This document shows positions 9,996 to 20,149 of a stretch of DNA of 64,000 bases, in pieces; positions within the stretch are counted from its first letter, which is position 1; every line of letters starts with the position of its first letter. Made by a program: the position numbers and the translations under genes. The stretch spans positions 5,920,001 to 5,984,000 of the forward strand of contig CAWIAD010000002.1 in the NCBI GenBank assembly GCA_963833985.1, read 5' to 3'. The notes beneath the pieces are model-generated. The model had not been told where the DNA came from, made no database searches, and worked only from the letters and a program-made list of their open reading frames with translations. The stretch comes from an uncultured Planctomycetaceae bacterium. GTDB taxonomy: Bacteria > Planctomycetota > Planctomycetia > Isosphaerales > Isosphaeraceae.

Positions 9996-11099
9996 ATGAC
10001 TCCCGCCCAGCTTGGCTACCGCATGCCCGCGGAATGGGAACCGCATGACGCCACCTGGATTGCCTGGCCCCATCACCGCGAGGACTGGCCGGGGAAGTTC
10101 GCGCCGGTACCCTGGGTCTACACCGAGATTGTCCGCCATCTCAGCCGTGTGGAGCAGGTGAACATCATCATTGCCGGCGGCAAGATGGAGCTCCGCGCCG
10201 CCGACATGCTCGACCGTGCGTCTGTCGATCTCGGCCGCGTGCAATTCTTCAGAGCAAAGACCGACCGCGTCTGGCTACGCGACTCCGGCCCCACGTTTCT
10301 CGTCTGCGATCACGCGGCAGAGAAGGCGGCATGTGAGTTACCCGTACCCGTCCACCTCGTCGACTGGAAGTTCAACGCCTGGGCGAAGTATCCGGACCAC
10401 CGCAGGGACAACCGGCTTCCCCGGCAGATTGCAGAGCACCTGGGCTGCACGCTCTGGACCGCACGTGCTGAGTGGGGAGGCAAGCTCCGCCGCGTGGTGA
10501 TGGAAGGGGGCGCCATCGACGTCAACGGCCGGGCCAGTTTGCTCACCACCGAGGAGTGTTTGCTCAGCGAAGTGCAGTGCCGCAATCCCGGGCTTGGCCG
10601 CGCGGAGGTGGAGCGCGTGCTCGCAGACTACCTGGGCGTCCGCAACGTCATCTGGCTGGGCCGGGGCATCGCGGGCGACGACACGCATGGCCACGTGGAC
10701 GACCTGGCCCGGTTCGTCGATCCGCGGACCGTGGTCACCGCGGTCGAGCCCAACCCGGATGACCCCAACCACGAGCCACTGGCCGACAACGTCCGCCGCC
10801 TCGAGTCGGCCCGCGATCAGGATGGTCAGCCACTCCGGGTTGTGACTCTCCCCATGCCCGCCCCGCTCTACTTCGAGTCCCAGCGCTTGCCGGCGAGCTA
10901 CGCCAACTTCTACATTGCCAACGGCCTGGTGCTCGTTCCCACGTTCAATGACCGGGCCGATCGGATCGCTCTGAACACGCTGGCTGATCTCTTCCCGGAC
11001 CGGCAGATCGTCGGCATCCACTGCGTCGATCTGGTGCTCGGCCTGGGCACGCTGCACTGTCTTTCGCAGCAGCAGCCCAGGCCGCCTGTTGCCGGATGA
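9996..11099 (+). CDS. aguA: Agmatine deiminase (peptidylarginine deiminase family)
   Basis: RMPAEWEPH, WLRDSGP, EGGAI, DDTHGHVDD, SYANFY and LHCLSQQQP motifs. Confidence 0.93.
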   Translation: MTPAQLGYRMPAEWEPHDATWIAWPHHREDWPGKFAPVPWVYTEIVRHLSRVEQVNIIIAGGKMELRAADMLDRASVDLGRVQFFRAKTDRVWLRDSGPTFLVCDHAAEKAACELPVPVHLVDWKFNAWAKYPDHRRDNRLPRQIAEHLGCTLWTARAEWGGKLRRVVMEGGAIDVNGRASLLTTEECLLSEVQCRNPGLGRAEVERVLADYLGVRNVIWLGRGIAGDDTHGHVDDLARFVDPRTVVTAVEPNPDDPNHEPLADNVRRLESARDQDGQPLRVVTLPMPAPLYFESQRLPASYANFYIANGLVLVPTFNDRADRIALNTLADLFPDRQIVGIHCVDLVLGLGTLHCLSQQQPRPPVAG

Positions 11100-11314
11100 C
11101 GAGCTCAGCCAGACGAGGACGCCCGCCATCGTGCAGCCAGATCCTGCGCCCGTCCCCCGGATGCACCGACACCTGTATGAGGTGCGTCATTCCGGACGAA
11201 GCCCATGGCACTCCAACGTCTCGGGTACTGTGCAAGCCGGGAGCCGGTGCCTATGATGAAACCTTGATCAAGAAACGCTGCGCGCCGCGGGGCTCTGCCA
11301 GGGAGCAAGTTGAC

Positions 11315-12883
11315 ATGGCTCGTCAAGAACAGGGTCGCCGGGATGGTGGGCGGCCTCCGAAGAGAGGCCACAGGCCCGGATCGAAGCCGGGGCCGGCTTC
11401 GTCTTCCGCGCCCGGGAAGCGCGCCGAGTCACGACCGGGCAGTCCGTCACAGGGCCGCCGGGACTCGGCTGCCAGGAAAGCTGGCCCCGGGCATCGGCCG
11501 GCGAAGCCGGACAGACGGTACGAGGCGGCCCGGAAGGATGCCGAGCTGGAGTCGGGCAAACCCCAGAGGCTCCAGAAAATCCTCGCCCACGCCGGGCTGG
11601 GTTCGCGCCGGGAGTGCGAGGAATACATCCTCCAGGGCCGCGTCACGGTCGACGGCAAGGTCGTCCGCGAACTGGGAACGCGGGTCGATCCCGATGCGGC
11701 GACCATCGCAGTGGACGGCGAGAAGATCCGCCTGGAGAGGATGGTCTACTTCGCGGTGAACAAGCCCAAGGGCTATGTCTCCACCAACAACGATCCCGCC
11801 GGCCGGCCCCGGGTCATCGACCTGCTGCCCGAGGTCCCTGAACGGGTCTACGCGGTCGGCCGGCTCGATGAAGAGAGCATGGGCCTGATGATCCTGACCA
11901 ACGACGGAGAGCTGGCCAACCGCCTGGCGCATCCGCGATTCGGCGTCGAGAAGACCTATCGTGCGCTCGTAGCGGGAACACCTGGCCCGGACATCCTGAG
12001 CAAGCTGACTGAAGGCATCTGGCTTTCTGACGGCAAGGTTCGCGCCAAGCGGGCCAGGTTCGTCGGCAGCCAGGGCGAGGCCACAACCATCGAGCTGGTG
12101 CTGGCCGAAGGCAAGAAGCGCGAGATCCGCCGCATGCTGGCCAAGCTCGGTCACAAGGTCATGAACCTCACCCGTCTGGCCATCGGTCCCGTCGTTCTGA
12201 AGGGAATCTCTCCGGGCGAGCATCGGCCGCTGACACGCACCGAGATCGATCTCTTGCGCAAGGTTGCCGCCGGCATCGAGGTCGCGCCGCCGCGAGCCTC
12301 CCAGCCCAGAAACGAGAGACGACCAGCCGCGCCCGGCAAGCGGCCCGGCGTTCCCGGAACCGCGGGCGAGCAGCGCACGCCACAGGCCCACAACCGGACC
12401 GAGGCTCATGGGCCCCGCCGTGACAGGCCAGCGCCTCCCACCCGGCCCGGGCCACCCTCCGCCCGCCCCGGGTCTGGGAAGCCAGTTGATCGCCCGCCCG
12501 GCAAGGCGATGCCTGGCAAGAAACCTCCCGCCAAAGCCATGCCCGGAAGGCCGCCGTCGAATCGTCCGGCATCGATGCCGGCACCGCCCGGCAAGAGGCC
12601 CGGTCCTCCGCCGGGCGCTCTCCCCGGCGGGAAGCGAGCGATGCCGGCCGTCAAGCCTCCTACTGCCGCGCCCGCGCCGGCCGCTCCGGGTCAACCGGGA
12701 AAGCCAGAGGTCACCCAGGCCAGGCCAGCACGAAGGATCATCGGTCTGGCGCCAAAGGTCGCCGAGGAAGCGGGGCTGTCGCTCTCGGGACGACCCCCGC
12801 GGAAGCGGCCGGCCCCGACGCGACGTCCTCCCCGCAAGGCACACGGCGTCGAGCGATCGCCCGACGACCGAAAGAAATCATGA
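11315..12883 (+). CDS. rluB: RsuA/RluB-family pseudouridine synthase with long basic Pro-rich extensions
   Basis: S4 domain RLQKILAHAG.SRR, NKPKG, VGRLD and EGKKREIRRM. Confidence 0.9.
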   Translation: MARQEQGRRDGGRPPKRGHRPGSKPGPASSSAPGKRAESRPGSPSQGRRDSAARKAGPGHRPAKPDRRYEAARKDAELESGKPQRLQKILAHAGLGSRRECEEYILQGRVTVDGKVVRELGTRVDPDAATIAVDGEKIRLERMVYFAVNKPKGYVSTNNDPAGRPRVIDLLPEVPERVYAVGRLDEESMGLMILTNDGELANRLAHPRFGVEKTYRALVAGTPGPDILSKLTEGIWLSDGKVRAKRARFVGSQGEATTIELVLAEGKKREIRRMLAKLGHKVMNLTRLAIGPVVLKGISPGEHRPLTRTEIDLLRKVAAGIEVAPPRASQPRNERRPAAPGKRPGVPGTAGEQRTPQAHNRTEAHGPRRDRPAPPTRPGPPSARPGSGKPVDRPPGKAMPGKKPPAKAMPGRPPSNRPASMPAPPGKRPGPPPGALPGGKRAMPAVKPPTAAPAPAAPGQPGKPEVTQARPARRIIGLAPKVAEEAGLSLSGRPPRKRPAPTRRPPRKAHGVERSPDDRKKS

Positions 12884-13792
12884 CCACGCTGGCCACAGCA
12901 TCGCCGTCCCATCGGCTTGCGACCGTCGTGGAAAACGCGGCCGTCGCACGCGATACCTACCGCCTGAGACTGGAGGATCCGCTCCTGGCCCGGACCATCC
13001 TTCCTGGCCAGTTCTTGATGATCCGCCCCGGCGCCGAGGGTGCCGACGATCCACTCCTGGGCCGGCCGTTTGCACTTTATGATGTCGTCAGGGACCGGGC
13101 CGGCACACCGGTCGCGGTTGACGTGGTCTACCTCCTGATCGGACGCGGCACAAAGGCGCTCGCCCACCGCCGGCCCGGGGAGCGGCTTTCGATCTGGGGG
13201 CCGCTCGGCCATGGTTTCGGCCCGCCGCCCGCCGGTCCCGTTCTTTTCGTGGCCGGCGGAATCGGCCAGACGCCGTTTCTGGCCCTGGGCCGCTGGTGGC
13301 TCGGGAAAGCGCGTTACGGTGACTCACCAGTGACTCCGGGGGCATCCGCCACGGATCACAAGGGAGTGCCTGTTTCCTGCTCATCCGCGACCTTGCTTTA
13401 CGGCGTGCGAACGGCCGCGTACCTGGCCGGAATGGAGGAGTTCCGCGCCGCGGGTATCGAAATCGAAATCGCCACGGACGACGGTTCGGACGGCCATCGT
13501 GGCTTCGTGACGGAACTGCTCACGCGCCGGCTGGAGCGAGGTCGAGCGCCCGGCCCGAATCGTGGGCTGTGGGCCGGCACCCATGCTCGCAGCCCTGGCG
13601 CAGGTGGTCGAGCGATTCGACACCCCCTGTGACGTCTCGCTGGAAAACCACATGGCGTGCGGCTTCGGTGCCTGTTTCAGTTGTGTCGCGCCGATCCGTC
13701 AGCCAGACGGCACGGTAGACCTGCGCAGGGTGTGCGTCGAAGGGCCAATTTTCCCCGCGCGGGACGTCGAGTGGATGGCTCTGGGCCACTGA
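12880..13792 (+). CDS. pyrK: Dihydroorotate dehydrogenase electron-transfer subunit; frameshift near 13543
   Basis: PGQF, GPLGHGF and AGGIG in the first frame. GCGP..M and MACGFGACFSC...RVCVEGP ([2Fe-2S]) in the second frame. Confidence 0.88.
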
Positions 13793-13816
13793 GCGAGTAG
13801 GTTTCTCAGGCGCGAT

Positions 13817-13856
13817 TCAACTCAACTCAACTCAGCTCAGCTCAGCTCAGCTCAGC
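13817..13856. repeat. Pentanucleotide tandem repeat (TCAAC)3(TCAGC)5
   Basis: Read directly from the sequence. It lies between convergent genes and contains the stop codon of the minus-strand gene. Confidence 0.9.
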
Positions 13857-14668
13857 GAGGCCCAGGTCGCGCGCTTTTGGACATGACCGCTCACCGTCGC
13901 GCGGATCTGTGCTCGAATCAGGTCTCGAATCCGGGCCGCCTGCTCGTAGTCCTCGCGAGCGACGGCCTCGTCAAGCTGTTCCCGCAGGGTCTTCTCGACC
14001 GCGTAGTTCTTACGCACCTCGTGCTCGAACAGGCGCAACTGGTCGATCAGCGACAGGTTGGGCGATTCGCTGGAGTCGTTCTCCCGGTTTTCCCACCACG
14101 CTTGCTGGTGGGCCGTGAGCTTTTCCATCCCCTCGCGGAGCGCGTCGATCGCTTCTTCGGGCCGCCTGCGCTCGATGGCGAGCAGGGCTTGCGCCTGGGT
14201 GCGGTGAAACTGAACCAGCCCGCGAGACTGCTCATGGGAACCGATGTAATCATCGTCGTTGCCGTGGCGGTGAACGAAATCCATGAGCGCCAGCGTGTGG
14301 TCAGCGTCGAGCATGGCCTTGTCATAGCGGCGGAGGGACAGCCAGGCCATCCGGCGATGGAAGAACTGGGTGAACTCGCGGTCGGCCTCGTCGCGGTGCT
14401 CCTGATCCATGGTCCAGGGAGGAGACTTCCCGCCCGGCGCCTGCCCGCGGCTGGCGGCACTGTAGCGGAGATAATCGAGATAGGTGGCAAATCCATGCGG
14501 GCGTGCTCCATCCGGCCGTCCCGAGATCTCGAGCTGAAGCACCCCGAGTTCGACGCGGATCTGCAACACGGTCCGGCCATCGCGTGCGCGGAGCTCGCGA
14601 GCCAGAACTTCACCCGGCTCCGGGTCATAGGGCCAGCCCTGGATCACGTCATCCAAGTCCCGTCGCAT
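13847..14668 (-). CDS. UvrB/UvrC-motif protein (PVC-type)
   Basis: GVLQLEISGRPDGARPHG and C-terminal UVR motif LDEAVAREDYEQAARIRD. Confidence 0.85.
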   Translation of the reverse strand: MRRDLDDVIQGWPYDPEPGEVLARELRARDGRTVLQIRVELGVLQLEISGRPDGARPHGFATYLDYLRYSAASRGQAPGGKSPPWTMDQEHRDEADREFTQFFHRRMAWLSLRRYDKAMLDADHTLALMDFVHRHGNDDDYIGSHEQSRGLVQFHRTQAQALLAIERRRPEEAIDALREGMEKLTAHQQAWWENRENDSSESPNLSLIDQLRLFEHEVRKNYAVEKTLREQLDEAVAREDYEQAARIRDLIRAQIRATVSGHVQKRATWASLS

Positions 14669-15119
14669 CAGAAACTCCCGGGCCGCAAGGGGCGAGGTGG
14701 AACGGCAGCGTGAACGCCGTGCACTCACCTCAGAACAGCATTCGAGCCACGAACGGCCGGCTGGGGACGAGAGGATCGGTCCAGAGCAAGGTCGTCCTTC
14801 ACTGCGTCTTGACCAAGAATTATAGTCCCGCGACCAGACAAATCCTACACCACGACCGAGCATGGAGCCGGGATGGCCGGCCGTGTCGCACGGCCACAAC
14901 AGATCCCCCCCGACCCTTTGCTGAAGCGGCCCTGCAAATGATGCGCGTGTACCATTGTCGTGGTTTCAGAGGTCCGCGACTTGGCCGGTCCGGCCGGCGC
15001 TGGCACAGTGGTCCGCGGCTTTATTCGCCGAACTCTCGTCGCAAGTCTCACCGCTCCCCTTGAAACCTGGGATCAAGCCTGAGATGATAGTGCATCCTCA
15101 GCGGTGAGCTTTCACCATC

Positions 15120-15192
<73 letters not shown>

Positions 15193-15325
15193 CTTGATAG
15201 ATAAGGACTTACGGCGACGCCTGGTCGCATGACAGTGGTTGTCAGAGAAGTTTCGCCTACCGGACCGCCATCCTGAGTGAAGCACAGGACCTTCCGGCCC
15301 ACCTGTGCCCCGGGAGGCTCCGCGC

Positions 15326-15530
15326 GTGCCCCACTGTTCCAGGCCGTTCTACCGCCCCGCGCGGGGTCTGGTACGTCTAGATCGACGGTTGTCAGATCAA
15401 TCTCGGCCCCGGACGCGATGAGCCGTGCCGGTTACCACGACATGCTGGACCGGACCTCAGAAGTCAGAAGCTCGGAACCAACGTGCAGCGATCTGGTGGT
15501 CCCAATCCTCAAGGCGTACCTTGAGCAACT
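15326..15530 (+). pseudogene. Degenerate N-terminal fragment of a planctomycete tyrosine integrase
   Basis: GGAGG then GTG; stitched frames read MPHCSRPFYRPARGL / WYV*IDGCQINLGPGRDE / YHDML...LVVPILKAYLE, resembling integrase N-termini. It lies directly after the tRNA. Confidence 0.65.
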
Positions 15531-15664
15531 CGGGCTTCTGCCCCTTGAACCCAACAGGTCCGATGGCGCGGAGGTATCCTCGGGTCTCACGGCATGCTGC
15601 GCCAGGGCCGAAGCTCCGCGAGTCGCGCGAGGGCCGTTGAGCGCTGCGCGCGGCACGGACGCGG

Positions 15665-17554
15665 CTAGCTGGGGTAGAGTACGCCTGGGAAGTCGGCGCG
15701 AGCTCTCTGGAATTGCGATTCCCATTTAACCGGCCAGCCGAAGGCCCGGGTCGCGAGGGGCCTCAGGTCCTGCGCGGCCGCTCCGCTCATGAAGTGGATG
15801 AATTCGCCCCAGTTCAGGCTATCACGCGAGAACTTCAGGCATTTGCCGTTCTCGAGACTCTCCTTTGGAAAATGCTTCGAGATCAGTCGGAAGTAGTTGA
15901 CCATCACCTGGGCATGGCCGTGCTCACGCCAGAGCGGGTGGAAAAAGTCACGGAACCAGCGGGTCTTCGCCCTCGGGAAATTGTCGACGCTCTCGGTGAA
16001 TCGTCGACGGGCTTCTTCGGCTTCCTTGACCTGTCCGATCCCCATGCGGAGGTCGTACTCGAAGAATTCGGCCCACTTGCTGTCGCCCCAGATGCCGCCG
16101 AATGCCGGAGAGCCCTGGACTCCGTTGCTGGCGCCTTCGACGATGTGACCGATCTCGTGAATGATGTAACCGTCCTTGGACCGGTCCCAGGCATCCATGC
16201 CGATGTCGATGACGTTTCTATCGTCATGGCTTGAGTCGAGATAGGTCGAAGGGTGCCCGCCACCGTACTTGTCCTGATGGAGGATCACGAAGAGACGATC
16301 GTCCGGGGAGCCGAACTCTCCATAGGTCTGCTTCGTGTACTGCCAGACGCGGGTCGCGACCGGGAGGGCCCATCGAGCATGTTCCAGCGGCATCTCTCGA
16401 TCGAAGTAGAGAGCCACGTCGTCATTGCATGCCGAAAGTTTGAGGGGCTGGTCATGCTCAAACCAGTGCTCCTTCCACCCGGCGGGGGGCGAGGCGGGTG
16501 AGTGATTCGGACGGGTCCAGGTTCCCGTACCGGTTGACCAGACCACGCGGGCCTTGTCGTAGATCACGACATTACCGTCATCCTGGACCCGAAGGTCGGC
16601 GCCGGGATGGTGGTGACTTCCCGAGCTCCAGAGCGGCCGGTGCTGCGGCCCGTAAAGGACAAGATTGCCGTCTGAAGCCATCACAGCCTCAACCGCGGGT
16701 TGTCCCTGCGTACCGGATGCCCAGGAAGCCCCACGCTGCGGCCCATAGAGGACCAGGTTGCCGTCGTTTTGCAGCACGAGGTGATACTGCCCACCGGGCG
16801 AGGTCCACGACTGGCCCGGTACGATGCGTCGCGGGCCAAAGGCCTGGATCCGCTCGGCAACGCGGGCCGCGACGATGAAGTAGCCCCGATGGTTCAGGTG
16901 GATACGGTCGCTTGCGAAATAGACCGGATTGTGCTGGGCTCCGTCGATCCCGATCTGACCGTCGGAGTGGAGCGGCACGACGCCATCAACGCTCGGGTAG
17001 AGTGCCGGCAACCGCGCGTCGAAATCTGCACGCCGCTGGTTATCGAGGCACCGGCGCTGTTCGGGAGTGCCCGGGAGCGCGGTCTGATCGGCGAACCTGG
17101 ATCGGGGTGTCGAGGTCAGGAGAAGAACCTTGTCAAAGCCCGAGCTCCGCGCACGTGCGGTGATCCGGGACAGGATGCTCGCCAGCTCGTCGGGAGTGGT
17201 ACCCGAGACAAGGTCGTCGCCCGCCTCCCAGAGCACGAGGACATTCAGGGCACAGGAGCGGTCGAGCTGGCGGCCGATCTGAGCGTCGAAGGTCTCAAGA
17301 ACCTGGCGCACCGTCTGTCCCGGACCCGCCGAATTCTGTCCCTTCCAACGCCCACCGAGGATCGCCAGGCATTGTGCGGGGTAAGACCCATGCGGCCCGG
17401 CACCGATACCCGCCGTGAGGGAGTCGCCGGCAAACACGACGTTTCCGGTCACTTCCTCAGCGACCGAAGGGGCTGCCAGCCCCGCGAACAAACCTGCGAG
17501 CGCGCAGCAACAGACACTCCAGGGGACAGACCAGGCCCGAAAACGCATCACCAT
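15665..17554 (-). CDS. Secreted fusion: SGNH/GDSL hydrolase + bulb-type lectin + HExxH (zincin-like) domain
   Basis: Signal peptide, GDSLT...DRIH, lectin motifs QNDGNLVLY, ASDGNLVLY and QDDGNVVIY, then IIHEIGHIVE. Confidence 0.8.
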   Translation of the reverse strand: MVMRFRAWSVPWSVCCCALAGLFAGLAAPSVAEEVTGNVVFAGDSLTAGIGAGPHGSYPAQCLAILGGRWKGQNSAGPGQTVRQVLETFDAQIGRQLDRSCALNVLVLWEAGDDLVSGTTPDELASILSRITARARSSGFDKVLLLTSTPRSRFADQTALPGTPEQRRCLDNQRRADFDARLPALYPSVDGVVPLHSDGQIGIDGAQHNPVYFASDRIHLNHRGYFIVAARVAERIQAFGPRRIVPGQSWTSPGGQYHLVLQNDGNLVLYGPQRGASWASGTQGQPAVEAVMASDGNLVLYGPQHRPLWSSGSHHHPGADLRVQDDGNVVIYDKARVVWSTGTGTWTRPNHSPASPPAGWKEHWFEHDQPLKLSACNDDVALYFDREMPLEHARWALPVATRVWQYTKQTYGEFGSPDDRLFVILHQDKYGGGHPSTYLDSSHDDRNVIDIGMDAWDRSKDGYIIHEIGHIVEGASNGVQGSPAFGGIWGDSKWAEFFEYDLRMGIGQVKEAEEARRRFTESVDNFPRAKTRWFRDFFHPLWREHGHAQVMVNYFRLISKHFPKESLENGKCLKFSRDSLNWGEFIHFMSGAAAQDLRPLATRAFGWPVKWESQFQRARADFPGVLYPS

Positions 17555-17848
17555 GATCCTCCAGACGCTTTCCGGTTCGCTGGCAAGTCTCGCGTACCTG
17601 GCCCAGATTTCTCCGGCGAGCGGGCCCTCCGCAATTGAACCTCCCTGCCCCATTGTGAATCGATGCCGCCAGAAACAATCAACCGTCGCGTGTCAGCCGA
17701 AACGACACGCCGGGCGACTCAGGGATCGGTATCTCCAGGGGTATGATGACGAAAACCCGAAGGACCGTCCATGAGCTTGAATGGGAACCGATGGAGTTTG
17801 CCGCGCCTTGGCTCAGCTGGAATATCGCACTCGCGGCGAACTGACTCA

Positions 17849-18700
17849 CTACAGCATGGGAAGGCGGCGGGGACGGGGCCCAGGCGGGAAGGCTTCGTCG
17901 ATCCGTGCAAGCTCGGCTTCCGTGAGTCGTAGCACCCCGGCCCCTGCGTTTTCAACGGCGTGATCGATCTGGAAGGCCTTCGGAATCGCGAACAGCGCAG
18001 GACTTCGCACCAGAAACCGGAGCGCGACCTGGCGCGGGGTCGCGTTGTGCGTGGCGGCGATCTCCTGGAGCGCGCGGCCCTTGCGGGTGTGAGGGCCCGG
18101 AAAACTGCCATGACCAAGCGGGCTATAGGCGACGACCGCAACACCGTGCTGCTCACACCAGGGAATCACGGCGTGCTCGATTGCGCACTCGTTGAGGTGG
18201 TAGAGAACCTGGTTGCACGCGAGACGGCCCGGTCCGGCGATTGCCAGGGCTTCATCAAGGTCGCGCTGGTCGAAGTTGCTCACCCCCCAGGACAGGATCT
18301 TCCCTTCGCGCCGGAGCTGATCGAAAGCCGAGAACGTTTCCTCCAGGGGAGAATTGCCCCGCCAGTGCAGAAGGTAGCAGTCCAGCCGGTCGGTGCCGAG
18401 ACGTGCGAGCGAGGCCTCGCAGGCCGCCATCGTCCCGCGTCGGGACGCATTCTGGGGGAGGACCTTGGAGACCAGGAAGACCCCTTCGCGTCGTCCGGCG
18501 ATCGCCTCGCCGACGATCTCCTCGGCGTCGCCCGATCCGTACATCTCCGCGGTGTCAATATGAGTCATGCCCAGTTCCATGCCCCGGCGGAGGGCGGCGA
18601 TCGCCTGAATGCGATCAACCTTGTGGCTGTCGTTGGACCAGGTACCCTGACCGATGACCGGGACCTCGCGATCCATGGGCCCGAATTGACGTCGTTCCAT
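17849..18700 (-). CDS. Aldo/keto reductase
   Basis: IGQGTW, IDTAEMYG, LDCYLLHW, GVSNF and AYSPLG motifs. Confidence 0.93.
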   Translation of the reverse strand: MERRQFGPMDREVPVIGQGTWSNDSHKVDRIQAIAALRRGMELGMTHIDTAEMYGSGDAEEIVGEAIAGRREGVFLVSKVLPQNASRRGTMAACEASLARLGTDRLDCYLLHWRGNSPLEETFSAFDQLRREGKILSWGVSNFDQRDLDEALAIAGPGRLACNQVLYHLNECAIEHAVIPWCEQHGVAVVAYSPLGHGSFPGPHTRKGRALQEIAATHNATPRQVALRFLVRSPALFAIPKAFQIDHAVENAGAGVLRLTEAELARIDEAFPPGPRPRRLPML

Positions 18701-18811
18701 GTGTGTTCTCCGCTTTGGATTCGCAATCAGTCCGAGTCGGCGTTCGAATCTCGCCGGTCATTGTCTTTCTCGACATGCCTGGGCTGGCACGACCCAGCCC
18801 GCCACTCAGAC

Positions 18812-19258
18812 CTAGCCTATAACCTTCTCGAGCCGCCTCACGATCTCCGATTTCGGCTGAGCACCGACGATGCGATCGACCTCCCGGCCGCCTTTGAGGA
18901 TCACAAGGGTCGGTATGCTGCGCGCCTGGAATCGGGCCGCCGTCGCGGGATTCTCGTCGACGTTGAGCTTGGCGAACCGCACCCGCCCCGCCAGCTCGGA
19001 TGCCAGCTCGTCGATCACGGGCGCGATCATGCGGCAGGGGCCGCACCATGCAGCCCACATGTCGACGACCACTGGCAGTGGCAAGTTTTCGACCTCTGAC
19101 GAGAACGTCGCGTCGGTGACTTTCACCGGTTCGAAATCAAAGGGCATGCGCCCCTTGCAACGCCCGCACACCGGTTGAAGACCACTCCGGACCTTCTCCA
19201 GCGGCACTCGATTGGTGGCGCCGCAGGAATGGCAACGAATCAGACTCGTCTCGGACAT
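18812..19258 (-). CDS. trxC: Thioredoxin 2 (N-terminal zinc finger)
   Basis: CHSC...CGRC followed by WCGPC. Confidence 0.9.
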   Translation of the reverse strand: MSETSLIRCHSCGATNRVPLEKVRSGLQPVCGRCKGRMPFDFEPVKVTDATFSSEVENLPLPVVVDMWAAWCGPCRMIAPVIDELASELAGRVRFAKLNVDENPATAARFQARSIPTLVILKGGREVDRIVGAQPKSEIVRRLEKVIG

Positions 19259-19941
19259 GATGGCCTTGCTCCTCGCGTTCTTGCCTCCGCCTGTCATTCT
19301 CATCCCGGCCGGGAACTGTTCCTGATTCACCATCATCTCGACAGGGACTTCCTACGCACGATTCTACGGCCGGTGCCCACGTCTGTCGGGCCATCCGTTT
19401 CATCCGGAGGCAATCTCGGTTCCGTCACCCTGGTTCAGCCGCGTCGGAGCGGCGATGCGACAAGAGCATATCGGCACCCACTTTGATGCGCAAGGTCTAC
19501 CCGGCCGGGCACCGGCCATCGAATCGCCCCTGCACGATCAAGCTCATCCGGAGTGCCCAGGCGTCGGGAAACCACCCCAGGTTCAAGACACCTGAGGCGA
19601 CTCTGGCGCGCCGATTGCCGGCTCACCGACGGAAGCAGAGAGACCTACCAACGGTGGCGTATGAAGATTAACCAAGACACACGTTAAATATGTGTAATGG
19701 ACCACGATTTGCGGGCTTTCCGGGCGCATCGAATGGCGGTCGTTTGTAGCCCGGGAAGCTGCAGAATCCATGCAATCGATAGCGGATTGAACCCGAGAGC
19801 GGTTCTGAGAAGTGCGAGTGTTCGGGTGACCAGGACGAATCCGGTGAGGTTCATCGGCGGCTTGATCGATTGAGCCGCCGGAAGCCGGGCGTCGCGTTGA
19901 GTTTGCGTGAACAGGGCAAAGCCGCAGGGAGGGACCAGAGC

Positions 19942-20148
19942 ATGACAGGCCAGGATTCCGCAATCTACAAGGTCGTCGTGAACCATGAGGAACAGTATTC
20001 GATCTGGTTCGCTGATCGGGAGATTCCGCCGGGCTGGAAGGAAGCCGGTAAACAAGGTTCGAGAGAAGAGTGCCTCGCTTACATCGATGAGGTCTGGACG
20101 GACATGCGTCCTCTGAGCCTCAGAAAACGGATGGGCGAGGTGAGCTGA
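19942..20148 (+). CDS. mbtH: MbtH-like protein
   Basis: VVVNHEEQYSIW...P.GW...CL.YI.EVWTDMRPLSLR. Confidence 0.96.
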   Translation: MTGQDSAIYKVVVNHEEQYSIWFADREIPPGWKEAGKQGSREECLAYIDEVWTDMRPLSLRKRMGEVS

Positions 20149-20149
20149 C

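Noticed and set aside
19668..19687. TTAAC-N10-GTTAA inverted repeat in the AT-rich BGC leader
   Set aside because: The 5-bp arms are too short to call an operator without comparative data.
19735..19746. GGCGGTCGTTTG resembling an ops (RfaH) element upstream of the long BGC operon
   Set aside because: It mismatches the conserved core, such words are frequent in high-GC DNA, and no NusG paralogue is in the window.
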